A stretch of 49,799 nucleotides of DNA from NCBI GenBank assembly GCA_031360805.1, contig JANMCB010000451.1, positions 1-49,799 of the forward strand. Direction: 5' to 3'. This stretch comes from Rhodoferax sp. (lineage in GTDB: Bacteria > Pseudomonadota > Gammaproteobacteria > Burkholderiales > Burkholderiaceae_C). A program made the position numbers and the translations under genes. This document shows positions 39,245-49,799 of this stretch, piece after piece. The notes below the pieces were generated by a model. The model was not told the origin of the DNA, ran no database searches, and saw only the letters and a list, made by a program, of their open reading frames with translations. Every line of letters starts with the position of its first letter. The stretch's first letter is position 1.

Positions 39245-40498
39245 ATGTACAAACATATCAAAGTTCCCACAGAAGGCAAGAAGATCACCGTCAACGCCGA
39301 CAACTCGATCAACGTGCCAGACCAGCCGATCATTCCCTTCATCGAAGGCGACGGCACCGGGCTGGACATCACGCCGGTCATGCTCAAGGTGGTCGATGCG
39401 GCTGTTGCCAAAGCCTATGGCGGCACCAAAAAAATTCATTGGATGGAGGTTTACGCTGGCGAGAAGTCCACCAACATTTATGGCCCGGACGTCTGGCTGC
39501 CTGAGGAAACCCTGCATGCGGTCAAAGACTATGTGGTCTCCATCAAGGGCCCGTTGACCACGCCGGTCGGCGGCGGCATTCGCTCGCTTAACGTCGCATT
39601 GCGTCAGGAGCTGGACCTGTATGTCTGCCTGCGTCCAATTCAGTACTTTGCCGGCGTGCCGTCACCGGTGAAGGAGCCGCACAAGACCAACATGGTGATC
39701 TTCCGCGAAAACTCGGAAGACATCTATGCCGGCATCGAGTTTGAGGCAGAGTCCGACAAGGCCAAAAAGCTCATCAAGTTCTTGCAGGACGAGATGGGTG
39801 TCAAGAAAATCCGTTTTCCAAATACCTCGGGCATTGGCATCAAGCCGGTATCGATTGAAGGCACCGAGCGCCTGGTTCGCAAAGCCATCCAATACACCAT
39901 TGACAACGACAAGCCAAGCCTGACGATTGTCCACAAAGGCAACATCATGAAGTTCACCGAAGGTGGGTTCCGTGATTGGGCTTACGCGTTGGCGCAAAAG
40001 GAGTTTGGTGCCGAGCTGATTGATGGCGGACCGTGGATGAAGTTCAAAAATCCGAAGACCGGCAAGGAAATCATTGTCAAGGACGTGATTGCAGACGCCT
40101 TTCTGCAGCAAATCCTGTTGCGTCCGGCTGAGTACAGCGTGATCGCAACGCTGAACCTGAATGGCGATTACGTCTCTGACGCGCTGGCAGCCCAGGTTGG
40201 CGGCATCGGCATTGCACCCGGCGCCAACATGAGCGACACCATCGCAATGTTTGAAGCCACGCACGGCACTGCGCCCAAGTACGCTGGAAAAGACTATGTC
40301 AACCCCGGTTCGGAAATCCTGTCCGCTGAAATGATGCTGCGCCACATGGGCTGGACCAAGGCAGCCGACCTGATCATCAGTTCCATGGAGAAGTCGATCC
40401 TGAGCAAGAGAGTCACCTATGACTTTGCGCGCCTGATGGACGGCGCGACCCAGGTCAGCTGCTCCGGGTTTGGTCAGGTCATGATCGACCACATGTAG
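39245..40498 (+). CDS. icd: Isocitrate dehydrogenase (NADP+), homodimeric type
   Basis: [11 protein letters not shown]......[42 protein letters not shown] and [14 protein letters not shown] closely parallel E. coli Icd. GGAG lies 9 nt upstream of ATG 39245. Confidence 0.95.
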   Translation: MYKHIKVPTEGKKITVNADNSINVPDQPIIPFIEGDGTGLDITPVMLKVVDAAVAKAYGGTKKIHWMEVYAGEKSTNIYGPDVWLPEETLHAVKDYVVSIKGPLTTPVGGGIRSLNVALRQELDLYVCLRPIQYFAGVPSPVKEPHKTNMVIFRENSEDIYAGIEFEAESDKAKKLIKFLQDEMGVKKIRFPNTSGIGIKPVSIEGTERLVRKAIQYTIDNDKPSLTIVHKGNIMKFTEGGFRDWAYALAQKEFGAELIDGGPWMKFKNPKTGKEIIVKDVIADAFLQQILLRPAEYSVIATLNLNGDYVSDALAAQVGGIGIAPGANMSDTIAMFEATHGTAPKYAGKDYVNPGSEILSAEMMLRHMGWTKAADLIISSMEKSILSKRVTYDFARLMDGATQVSCSGFGQVMIDHM

Positions 40499-40519
40499 AC
40501 TGGTTCACTCCAAACCAAA

Positions 40520-40556
40520 CCGCTGCAAAGCAAAATTGCAGCGGTTTTTTATTTTT
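40520..40556 (+). terminator. Rho-independent terminator of icd
   Basis: CCGCTGCAA-agcaaaa-TTGCAGCGG followed by TTTTTTATTTTT. Confidence 0.85.
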
Positions 40557-40746
40557 CGCGCTTGAATGTGCAAAAGTTGACACCAAATCCCTTTCTGCGG
40601 GCGTCGTCTTGGCGCTCTCGATAGAATCAAAACATGGCTACCAAAATCCCGGATAAAGCACCCCCGCCCCTGGAGCGACCCAGCGACCCGGATGACGCGG
40701 GCGCGGTCGTGCTGGAGCGGCGCACGCAAAGGTCAAGCCGCCGCAG

Positions 40747-40995
40747 ATGTACCAGGTTGTCATGCTCAATGACGACTACACGCCGATGGAATTCGTGGTG
40801 GTGGTCATCCAGGAATTTTTCAGCAAGGACATGGAAACTGCAACCCAGATCATGTTGAAAATTCACCTGGACGGCAAAGGCGTCTGCGGGGTGTACTCCA
40901 AGGACGTTGCCATCACCAAAGTGGACCAGGTGCTCGAGGCCGCCAACAAAGCAGGCCACCCGCTCAAATGTGTCAGCGAGCCTGTTGAGTTTTGA
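40747..40995 (+). CDS. clpS: ATP-dependent Clp protease adaptor ClpS (core domain). The expected N-terminal extension is in another frame from 40634.
   Basis: [26 protein letters not shown]....[22 protein letters not shown]. The upstream ORF 40634.. encodes MATKIPDK...AVVLERRTQ, which would join ..[11 protein letters not shown] if one more A were present at 40728-40730. Confidence 0.85.
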   Translation: MYQVVMLNDDYTPMEFVVVVIQEFFSKDMETATQIMLKIHLDGKGVCGVYSKDVAITKVDQVLEAANKAGHPLKCVSEPVEF

Positions 40996-41093
40996 GGCGA
41001 TGCCCATAGATATATAACCTGTGGACAGCCGTTGAAATCGGTTTACAGTCAATCAACAGCCCAAGAAACGTCACGCAAAGAGAAGGAAATCAA

Positions 41094-43433
<2,340 letters not shown>

Positions 43434-43442
43434 CTTGGGTCC

Positions 43443-43955
43443 TCAGGTATTGAACTGGGCGCGGATCGCTTCGATCCTCGCCCGGTTCACGCCAAAGTCC
43501 TTCTGGCCCAGGCGGCTGCTGGAACGCACCTGGATCACACTGTTGGGCTTGTCCAGCCAGAACTCCATATCGTCAGTGAATTTCAGCAACGCAGTCGTGC
43601 TATGGGCGTACAGGTAGCCTGGCTCGCGTTTGACAACGACGCACCGCGCTGTCTTTTGAAGCACACCGGCCAGTTTGTCCATCGCCGCATCGCCATCGCC
43701 CGTGAAGCTTAAAGGCGCGATGCTTGAATACTCCTTTTGCGGGTGATCCGGGTAAAGCGAGGCCTGGCTGCTCACACTGTTAGTCGTTTTGGAAGGCGGT
43801 TTGAAGCGGCCATCAGTGGCGCCCAGTCGCTCTGGCGCTTTGCCGGCCAAGAGGCCGAGTTGCCCGGCGATAATGAGGCAGACTGCCAGGGCGATCACCA
43901 GAAAAAACAAAAATCCGACGATTTTCATGGCGCGGGCCTCGATTGGGTAGTTCAT
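43443..43955 (-). CDS. DUF1499 domain-containing membrane-anchored protein
   Basis: N-terminal TM anchor, then NSVSSQA....IAPL.F.GD........L..........V.....YL.A...S.L..F.DD.EF.L......I.VRS.SR.G..D.GVNR.R.E..R. The start may be ATG 43928. Confidence 0.75.
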   Translation of the reverse strand: MNYPIEARAMKIVGFLFFLVIALAVCLIIAGQLGLLAGKAPERLGATDGRFKPPSKTTNSVSSQASLYPDHPQKEYSSIAPLSFTGDGDAAMDKLAGVLQKTARCVVVKREPGYLYAHSTTALLKFTDDMEFWLDKPNSVIQVRSSSRLGQKDFGVNRARIEAIRAQFNT

Positions 43956-44032
43956 GGTTCTGTGAGCAGGGGCAATTCTCCAAGCGGCGATTGCGACCCC
44001 GAGAATACCCTATTGGCCCACGCCAAACGGCG

Positions 44033-45073
44033 CTATTTGTAGCCGACGCGATCCAGCATCTGTTGCACTTTGACCATGTTCCGGTCAACTGCCGCCAGGC
44101 CGATGGTTTCGCTCTTGAAGCTGCCACCAGTCATCGCATTGAGTGCCGCGTTTTCAACCACAACGCCCTTGGCCGTGGGCCATTCGTTGTTGCCATTGGC
44201 AAAGTGGTTCTGTGCAAACGGGCTGGCCAGAAACTCCAGAAACTTGACGGCGTTGTCGCGGTTTTTAGCATATTTCGCGACTGCGCCACCGGCCACATTC
44301 ACGTGCGTGCCCCAGCTGGACTGGTTCGGAAACATCACGCCGACACGCTCAGCCACTGCGCGATCTTCCGGGTTGTTGGACTTCATGAGCCCGGCCAGGT
44401 AGTAGGTGTTGGTCAAGGCAATCGCACATTCGCCGGAAGCGACGCCCTTGATCTGGTCGCGGTCGCCGCCAACCGGCGGGCGCGCCATGTTGTTCACCAG
44501 CCCTTTGAGCCAGTTTTCGGTATTGGCATCGCCCAGGTGCTCCGACATGGTGGAGAACAGGCTCAGGTTGTAGGGATGCGAGCCGGAACGGGTGCAAAGC
44601 TTGCCCTTGTTCTTGGGGTCAGCCAGTTCTTCGTAAGTGTCAACATCTTCCTTCTTCACCTTGAGCTTGTCGTACACCACAATCCGTGCCCGCGTGGAAA
44701 ACCCGGTCCAGGTCACACCCTCCGGTTTGGCGGCCGAGCGAAGGTTGGCGGGAATCGTGTCGTCCAGCAGCTTGGACTTGATCGGCTGGAACAGACCCTG
44801 GGAATCTGCCGATGCCAGGCGTGCTGCGTCCACCAGCAGGATCACGTCGGCGGGCGACGCAATCCCCTCCGCCTTGAGACGGGCGAGAATACCCGCATCG
44901 TCTGCATCAACCCGGTTGATCTTGATGCCGGTAGTTTTGGTGAAAGTGGTGTAAAGCACTTCGTCGGTTGGGTAGTGTCGTGCCGAGTACAGGTTGACGA
45001 CCTGTTCCTGCGCGTGGGCCACACTGGCACCCAGAGCCAGGCTGCAGGCGATATAGAGAAGCGTTTTTTTCAT
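44033..45073 (-). CDS. Fe(3+) ABC transporter substrate-binding protein (FbpA/AfuA-like). No cognate permease or ATPase in the window.
   Basis: Signal peptide MKKTLLYIACSLALGASVAHA. VNLYSARHY..DE.LY..FTK.TGIKIN. Confidence 0.85.
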   Translation of the reverse strand: MKKTLLYIACSLALGASVAHAQEQVVNLYSARHYPTDEVLYTTFTKTTGIKINRVDADDAGILARLKAEGIASPADVILLVDAARLASADSQGLFQPIKSKLLDDTIPANLRSAAKPEGVTWTGFSTRARIVVYDKLKVKKEDVDTYEELADPKNKGKLCTRSGSHPYNLSLFSTMSEHLGDANTENWLKGLVNNMARPPVGGDRDQIKGVASGECAIALTNTYYLAGLMKSNNPEDRAVAERVGVMFPNQSSWGTHVNVAGGAVAKYAKNRDNAVKFLEFLASPFAQNHFANGNNEWPTAKGVVVENAALNAMTGGSFKSETIGLAAVDRNMVKVQQMLDRVGYK

Positions 45074-45192
45074 GGTCTTGGCGGGTTTGGATTGAAGGGC
45101 CGGCACGTCACTAACGTGCCATGGCTGAAACGCAAGGATTTGCTCTCAGCAATTGTCGTAATTTTAACTTAAACGCGAATCATTCTCAATAC

Positions 45193-46170
45193 ATGCACGA
45201 ATTCCTAAAGTTTTTGGGGCTTTTGCCAAGGAAAGGCGCACTGTCTAGCTGCCTGGTTTTGGCCGTGGCCGTGGCAGTGGGGGTGTGCGGTTGCGCGCAA
45301 TCGCCCCACAAGCCGGTTGCCACAGCGCCGACCAGCGCTGAGGCCCTGGAGCCATTGCCGCCCGTTGCCGCTGTTCCGAAGCGACCACCCAAAATCGGGC
45401 TGGCGCTGGGCGGCGGCGCGGCGCGTGGGTTCGCCCATGTGGGTGTGATCCAGGTGCTCGAAGAGGCGGGTCTTCGCCCGAGCTTTGTAGCAGGCACTTC
45501 GGCGGGCAGTTTGGTTGCAGCAATTTACGCCAGCGGCAAGACTGGAGCCCAGTTGCAGCAGGTCTCCGAGGCCATGGAAGAGGTCACGATTGCCGACTGG
45601 ACCCTGCCGCTCTTCAACCGGGGTATGTTGCGTGGCGAGGCGCTGGCACGCTATGTGAACAAGCAGGTCGGCGACCGGCTGATCGAGAGCCTTCCAATCC
45701 CGCTGGGCATTGTGGCAACCGACCTCAACAGCGGGCAAAGCGTGCTGTTCCAACGCGGCGATACGGGCACGGCGGTGCGCGCGTCCAGCGCCGTGCCGGC
45801 CGTGTTCCAGCCGGTCAAGATTGCGGGGCGCGAATATGTTGATGGCGGTCCGGTGTCGCCCGTTCCCGTGCGTTACGCCAGGCAAATGGGTGCGGAACTG
45901 GTGATTGCGGTTGACATTTCCAGCGCGCCAGAGAACAACCCCGCCAACGACACGTTGCAAATCCTGCTGCAGACCTTCGCCATCATGGGCAAGAGCATCA
46001 ATGCCTATGAACTGAAAGAGGCGGATGTAGTGGTTCGCCCTGCGCTGGCCGGTCTGTCCAGTTCGGACTTCACAACCCGTAGGCGCTCAATCGAAGCCGG
46101 GCGGGCGGCGATGTTGCAGGCGCTGCCTTCATTGCGGCTGAAGTTGCTGGAGCTGGCTCGGGCGGTTTGA
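45193..46170 (+). CDS. Patatin-like phospholipase (RssA-like), probable lipoprotein
   Basis: GLALGGGAARGFAHVGV (oxyanion GGGxR), GTSAGS (GxSxG) and DGG. The N-terminus has a lipobox-like VGVCGC. Confidence 0.85.
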   Translation: MHEFLKFLGLLPRKGALSSCLVLAVAVAVGVCGCAQSPHKPVATAPTSAEALEPLPPVAAVPKRPPKIGLALGGGAARGFAHVGVIQVLEEAGLRPSFVAGTSAGSLVAAIYASGKTGAQLQQVSEAMEEVTIADWTLPLFNRGMLRGEALARYVNKQVGDRLIESLPIPLGIVATDLNSGQSVLFQRGDTGTAVRASSAVPAVFQPVKIAGREYVDGGPVSPVPVRYARQMGAELVIAVDISSAPENNPANDTLQILLQTFAIMGKSINAYELKEADVVVRPALAGLSSSDFTTRRRSIEAGRAAMLQALPSLRLKLLELARAV

Positions 46171-46224
46171 CTCGCGTTTTCAGTTCCAGGACTTCGCTGG
46201 TATGGGCGTTGAAGCGACCCCGGG

Positions 46225-46635
46225 CTACCCAGAGAACCGGAACAATCCCCAAACCAGGGCCACCAGCTGAACAAAATTGGCGACCATGCCGGCAATGTGA
46301 ATCCGGCGGAAGTCGGAGATGGCAGTTGGGCTTGCGCTTTCAAGGCGAATTCGCAGAACATCCATGCGTGTCAGCACGACCTTTCGCAGAACCAACGCAA
46401 GTGCCGTGATCGTGACCATGCCCACCGAAAATGCCAGGTGACCAGCGAGCGCGTAGCCTGTCGTCGCGATCAAGGCCGTGCAGAAGACCGAAATATAGTA
46501 GGTATTGAAGAAGCCGCGAATGAAGCGCGAATCAAGCGGCGAGTCATGGTTAAGAACCAGCAATGGCAAAGAGCCCATGAAAAAGTAGCCCATGCAGATC
46601 AGCAATGGAATGGTCAGGAACAGGGCAGCGTGCAT
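46225..46635 (-). CDS. Hypothetical 4-TM membrane protein
   Basis: 136-aa hydrophobic ORF with a coherent TM pattern. No family recognised. Confidence 0.55.
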   Translation of the reverse strand: MHAALFLTIPLLICMGYFFMGSLPLLVLNHDSPLDSRFIRGFFNTYYISVFCTALIATTGYALAGHLAFSVGMVTITALALVLRKVVLTRMDVLRIRLESASPTAISDFRRIHIAGMVANFVQLVALVWGLFRFSG

Positions 46636-46797
46636 CGGGTATCGGGTATCGGCTTGGGCGAATCGTGCAAATTTGAGCGATTCCGAAAAATGTTAACACC
46701 CAGGTCGATGGTGGGCAAAATCCAAACCCCCCCGAATGCAGGCGAAAATCAGCCGCTTGCAATGAATCTCCCACCATTTTGACTCCGAGGAAATCCC

Positions 46798-47844
46798 ATG
46801 AAGCTTGTGCCCCCATTGATCGCCCGGTTGGTCAGCTACCTGCTTGGCAAATGCAGCTCGCTCACCGGTCCGATGTCGAGGCTGTTGCGAGGCCTGTCGT
46901 GGGGCATACTCCCGGCTTTTTTGGCCATGCCGTTGGCGATGGCGCAGAGTTTCCCGTCGCAAGGCGTGAAACTGGTTGTGCCCTTCACGGCGGGTACGGG
47001 CATGGATACCATCGCCCGCGCAGTGGCACCCCGCCTTGCCGAGCGCCTGGGGCAAAGTGTGGTGGTGCAAAACGTGCCAGGCGCCAGTGGCAACATCGGC
47101 ACTGACCAGGTGGCCAAAGCCAGCCCGGATGGCTACACGCTGCTGGTGGGTGCAAATACGCTGTTGATGGCTTCGCAGCTTTACGCCAATGTGCCGTTTG
47201 ACCCGCTGCGTGATTTCGCGCCGGTTTCCATGGCCGCTTACGGCACGCTGATGCTTGTGGCTAATCCCAAAACCGGAATCAAGGATGTCAAGAGTCTGGT
47301 TGAACAGGCCCGTGCACGCCCGGGCGGCATTACCTACGGGTCGCCCGGCATTGGAACGCCACACCACATGGCGATGGAGCTGTTCAAGGTGCAGGCAAAG
47401 CTCTTCATGCTGCACGTGCCCTACCGGGGCACGGCGGGCTACACCCAGGACTTGCTTTCAGGCGAGATCAACGTCGGATTTTTACCCGTTCACATTGCGC
47501 AAAGCTTTGTGGCTGCAGGGCGGTTGAATGCACTGGCGGTCGGCAGCGCCAGGCGCCATCCGGTGGCCTCCGCTGTGCCCACCCTTCAGGAGCTCGGCCA
47601 AAAGGGTGTGGACGTCGACATGTGGTACGCCGTCATGGCACCCGCAAAAACTCCCATTCCTGTGGTGAACCGGCTCAACACCGAAATCAGCGCCATCCTG
47701 AAACTGCCTGAAGTGCGCGAGTTGCTGGGGCGGGCGGGTCTGGACGCCGCGTCGTCGTCGCCCGAAGAACTGATGTCCATCATGCGAAAGGACTACCCGC
47801 GTTGGGGTGACGTGATCCGCACGAATGGTATCAAGGCGGAATAA
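46798..47844 (+). CDS. Bug-family (TctC-like) tripartite tricarboxylate transporter substrate-binding protein
   Basis: FPSQGVKLVVPFTAGTGMDTIAR...NVPGASGNIGT..VAKA.PDGYTLL...PY.G. Confidence 0.88.
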   Translation: MKLVPPLIARLVSYLLGKCSSLTGPMSRLLRGLSWGILPAFLAMPLAMAQSFPSQGVKLVVPFTAGTGMDTIARAVAPRLAERLGQSVVVQNVPGASGNIGTDQVAKASPDGYTLLVGANTLLMASQLYANVPFDPLRDFAPVSMAAYGTLMLVANPKTGIKDVKSLVEQARARPGGITYGSPGIGTPHHMAMELFKVQAKLFMLHVPYRGTAGYTQDLLSGEINVGFLPVHIAQSFVAAGRLNALAVGSARRHPVASAVPTLQELGQKGVDVDMWYAVMAPAKTPIPVVNRLNTEISAILKLPEVRELLGRAGLDAASSSPEELMSIMRKDYPRWGDVIRTNGIKAE

Positions 47845-47883
47845 CCACGCTTTGCCCCCGGAGCGGATTGATGAATTCGGCGC

Positions 47884-47920
47884 AAAAAAAAAGGGCCAGT
47901 CTTGCGACCAGCCCTTAAGG
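47884..47920 (-). terminator. Rho-independent terminator read on the minus strand (phasin transcript end)
   Basis: Minus strand: AAGGGCUGGUC-GCAA-GACUGGCCCUU followed by a U-run. Two positions are G.U pairs on the minus-strand RNA but C/A mismatches on the plus strand, so the hairpin is strand-specific. Confidence 0.7.
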
Positions 47921-48097
47921 GATCCCTGAACCTGTGAGGTTTCGAAAGGACCCGAGGAGACAACCAGTAGAAACTCAATCTTGCATTTAAGTTCCCGAAA
48001 TCTGATTGCTGGAGTATGTCAGGGTATTCCCGCGAAAACTAGAGCCTCAACTCCAATTCAGGGGGTTGTCCTACAAATCCCAGATTAACGTGACGAA

Positions 48098-48640
48098 TTA
48101 ACGCTTCTTGCTGACCGACTTCGACGCTTCGATCGTGTTGGCAGCAACGGTGTTGAAGTTCGACTCGGCCGTATCAGCCGCTTGCTTCACAGCCTTTTGA
48201 ACCGACTCAAACGCGTTGCTGGCAGCAGCAACAGCGCTCTTGAACACGGCAACTGCAGTCTCGGAACCGGCAGGCGCGTTCTTGGCAGCGCTGTCAACCA
48301 TGCTGGTGAACTTGGTTTTTGCAGCAGCGGTCTGCTCTTCAACGGCTTTGGTGAACTCGCTGGATGAGCTCGAAGCGATGTCATACAGGTGACGGCTGTA
48401 AGCAGCGGTCTTTTCAGCCATTGGCTGCAGGAAGCTGGCTTGCAGGGTCATGAACTCTTGCGCGTCTTTCACGCTCATGACAGCACGGGCGTGCTCGCTG
48501 ACTTCAGACAAGGCAGCTTTGGAAGCGGTGAGGTTCAACTCAACCAGTTTCTCAACGCCTTCGAAGGCTTTGGTGGTGAAACCGAACAGGGTTTCCATGT
48601 TGGCTTTGTGGGATGCGGCGATTTGGTCAACGGTAAACAT
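48098..48640 (-). CDS. phaP: Phasin (PHA granule-associated protein, PhaP family)
   Basis: 180 aa, all-helical and Ala-rich. The N-terminus [43 protein letters not shown] is typical of the betaproteobacterial phasin family. Confidence 0.9.
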   Translation of the reverse strand: MFTVDQIAASHKANMETLFGFTTKAFEGVEKLVELNLTASKAALSEVSEHARAVMSVKDAQEFMTLQASFLQPMAEKTAAYSRHLYDIASSSSSEFTKAVEEQTAAAKTKFTSMVDSAAKNAPAGSETAVAVFKSAVAAASNAFESVQKAVKQAADTAESNFNTVAANTIEASKSVSKKR

Positions 48641-48723
48641 AGTGTTAGCTCCAATGAAATGATGTGAATGAGAACCCTATCTGCTCCGAACCCCTGCCTG
48701 GTGTTTCTCCAGATTCAGTTTAT

Positions 48724-48796
48724 GTTGCAGTGCAGCATGATTTGAATTATAGGGTTATCCCGTGCCCGCGCAAGTCTTTTTTGTTGCAATGCAGCA
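48724..48796. promoter_or_regulatory. Pair of 14-bp direct repeats GTTGCA(G/A)TGCAGCA upstream of phaP (candidate PhaR-type operators)
   Basis: 48724-48737 and 48783-48796, matching at 13 of 14 positions. They lie 85-155 nt upstream of the phasin start, in the divergent spacer. Confidence 0.35.
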
Positions 48797-48954
48797 ATTT
48801 AGAGGCGTGTTTCTAGAATCGCCCTTTTTGACAGCCAACTGGCCTTCCCGGGACTCGCTTTACACTGGGTTTCCCGCATGCCATTGACCTCACCACCGGG
48901 CAGAAAGCTGCCAGGCAGCGGCCACAATTTTGAAGAACTTCGACCAAGGCAACC

Positions 48955-49799
48955 ATGAAATACCGCAATTTAGGCAGCAGCAATCTCAAAGTCTCGGCCT
49001 TGTGCCTGGGCACCATGATGTTTGGTGACCAAACAGACAAAGCCGAAGCGAAAGCCATCGTGGAAGATGCCCATGCCGGGGGCGTCAACTACATCGATAC
49101 GGCCGATGTCTACACCAAAGGCGCGTCTGAAATCATGGTCGGAGAGCTGATCAAGGCTTCGCGCCTTGACTGGGTTTTGGCCACCAAGCTGGGCAACAAA
49201 ATGTCGGACCGCGTGAACGAGGGGCATTTTTCCGGCAGCTGGATGCTGCGCGAAATTGACGCGTCCCTCAAACGCCTGCAGACCGATTTTGTTGACGTTC
49301 TGTACATGCACCTGGACTACAACAGCATGAACCTGGAGGAGCCCCTGCGTGCGCTGGATGCCATGCTGCGCGCGGGCAAGATCCGCTACTGGGGTGTGTC
49401 CAATTTCAGGGGCTGGCGCATTGCTGAAGCTGTGCACGTGGCCGCGCAACTGGGCATGCCCAAACCGGTGGTCTGCCAGCCGTACTACAACCTGCTGAAC
49501 CGCATGCCCGAAGTCGAAGTTTTGCCCGCCTGCGCCTTCCACGGCATTGGCGTGACGCCCTACAGCCCGGTCGCTCGGGGCGTGCTCACCGGCAAATATG
49601 CACCAGGCCAGAAACCCGAAGCCGGCACCCGCGCCGGGCGGGGTGACAAGCGCATTACCGACACCGAATTTCGCGAGGAATCCCTCGTGATCGCGCAAAA
49701 GCTCCAGGCTTATGTGGCCGACAAAGGCATCACCCTGGCCCAATTTGCAACCGCCTGGGTATTGGCAAACCGTGCGGTCAGCTCCGTGATTGCGGGTCC
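48955..49799 (+). CDS. Aldo/keto reductase (3' end outside the window). Not in the supplied ORF track because it has no stop codon.
   Basis: Own translation from ATG 48955: MKYRNLGSSNLKVSALCLGTMMFGDQTDKAEAKAIVEDAHAGGVNYIDTADVYTKGASE...LATKLGN...DVLYMHLDY...KIRYWGVSNF. The 257-aa minus-strand ORF 48970-49743 is its shadow. Confidence 0.88.
   Translation, partial: MKYRNLGSSNLKVSALCLGTMMFGDQTDKAEAKAIVEDAHAGGVNYIDTADVYTKGASEIMVGELIKASRLDWVLATKLGNKMSDRVNEGHFSGSWMLREIDASLKRLQTDFVDVLYMHLDYNSMNLEEPLRALDAMLRAGKIRYWGVSNFRGWRIAEAVHVAAQLGMPKPVVCQPYYNLLNRMPEVEVLPACAFHGIGVTPYSPVARGVLTGKYAPGQKPEAGTRAGRGDKRITDTEFREESLVIAQKLQAYVADKGITLAQFATAWVLANRAVSSVIAG

Noticed and set aside
40557-40633. A TAGAAT hexamer 8 nt before ATG 40634, suggesting a leaderless clpS mRNA
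   Set aside because: No acceptable -35 element lies at 16-18 nt spacing. The idea is speculative without TSS data.
40724-40735. Programmed -1 ribosomal frameshift in clpS
   Set aside because: There is no X-XXY-YYZ slippery heptamer and no obvious downstream stimulatory structure. A 1-nt loss in a homopolymer run is the simpler explanation. It is kept as a finding about the frameshift itself.

Overview
This 49.8-kb, GC-rich window reads as core chromosome of a betaproteobacterium. The taxon guess is Burkholderiales, Comamonadaceae-like, based on gene order, a Bug/TctC binding protein, a phasin and the exbB-exbD-lpxK-ycaR-kdsB-adk block; it is not verified. About 50 genes can be called from the translations.

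Gene content, in order:
- yebC (partial), purD, hemF, and the conserved nadD-rsfS-rlmH-maf-rng block.
- An LPS core cluster: polysaccharide deacetylase, a GT4, msbA, an O-antigen-ligase-like protein and two GT2s.
- tolB-pal-ybgF, yeeE, tcdA and tRNA-Lys(UUU).
- A minus-strand lipid-catabolic cluster: 3-hydroxyacyl-CoA dehydrogenase, Crp/Fnr regulator, APH-type kinase, ACAD and GST.
- A FimV-like protein, a 2-hydroxyacid dehydrogenase, lexA and an asparaginase.
- adk-kdsB-ycaR-lpxK-exbD-exbB, then xseA, sodB, icd, clpS-clpA, an iron-binding SBP, a patatin, a Bug SBP, a phasin and a partial aldo/keto reductase that the ORF track misses.

I see no transposase, integrase, prophage, CRISPR array or recognisable defence or toxin system. 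I could not find a convincing novel multi-gene system.

The features that annotation does not explain are:
1. A three-copy AT-rich intergenic repeat family with a palindromic TTTGCTAT..ATAGCAAA core. One copy splits the normally compact lpxK-ycaR-kdsB operon.
2. An apparent 1-nt frameshift in clpS.
3. An RsfS with a roughly 140-aa histone-H1-like Ala/Lys/Pro tail.
4. A split ACAD10/11-like kinase plus acyl-CoA dehydrogenase pair.
5. Twin SOS boxes abutting the asparaginase start, and a 9-bp tandem repeat plus a small ORF downstream of lexA.
6. A five-unit, 11-bp phased repeat in the icd leader.

Many long ORFs antisense to real genes are GC-driven shadow ORFs and were ignored.
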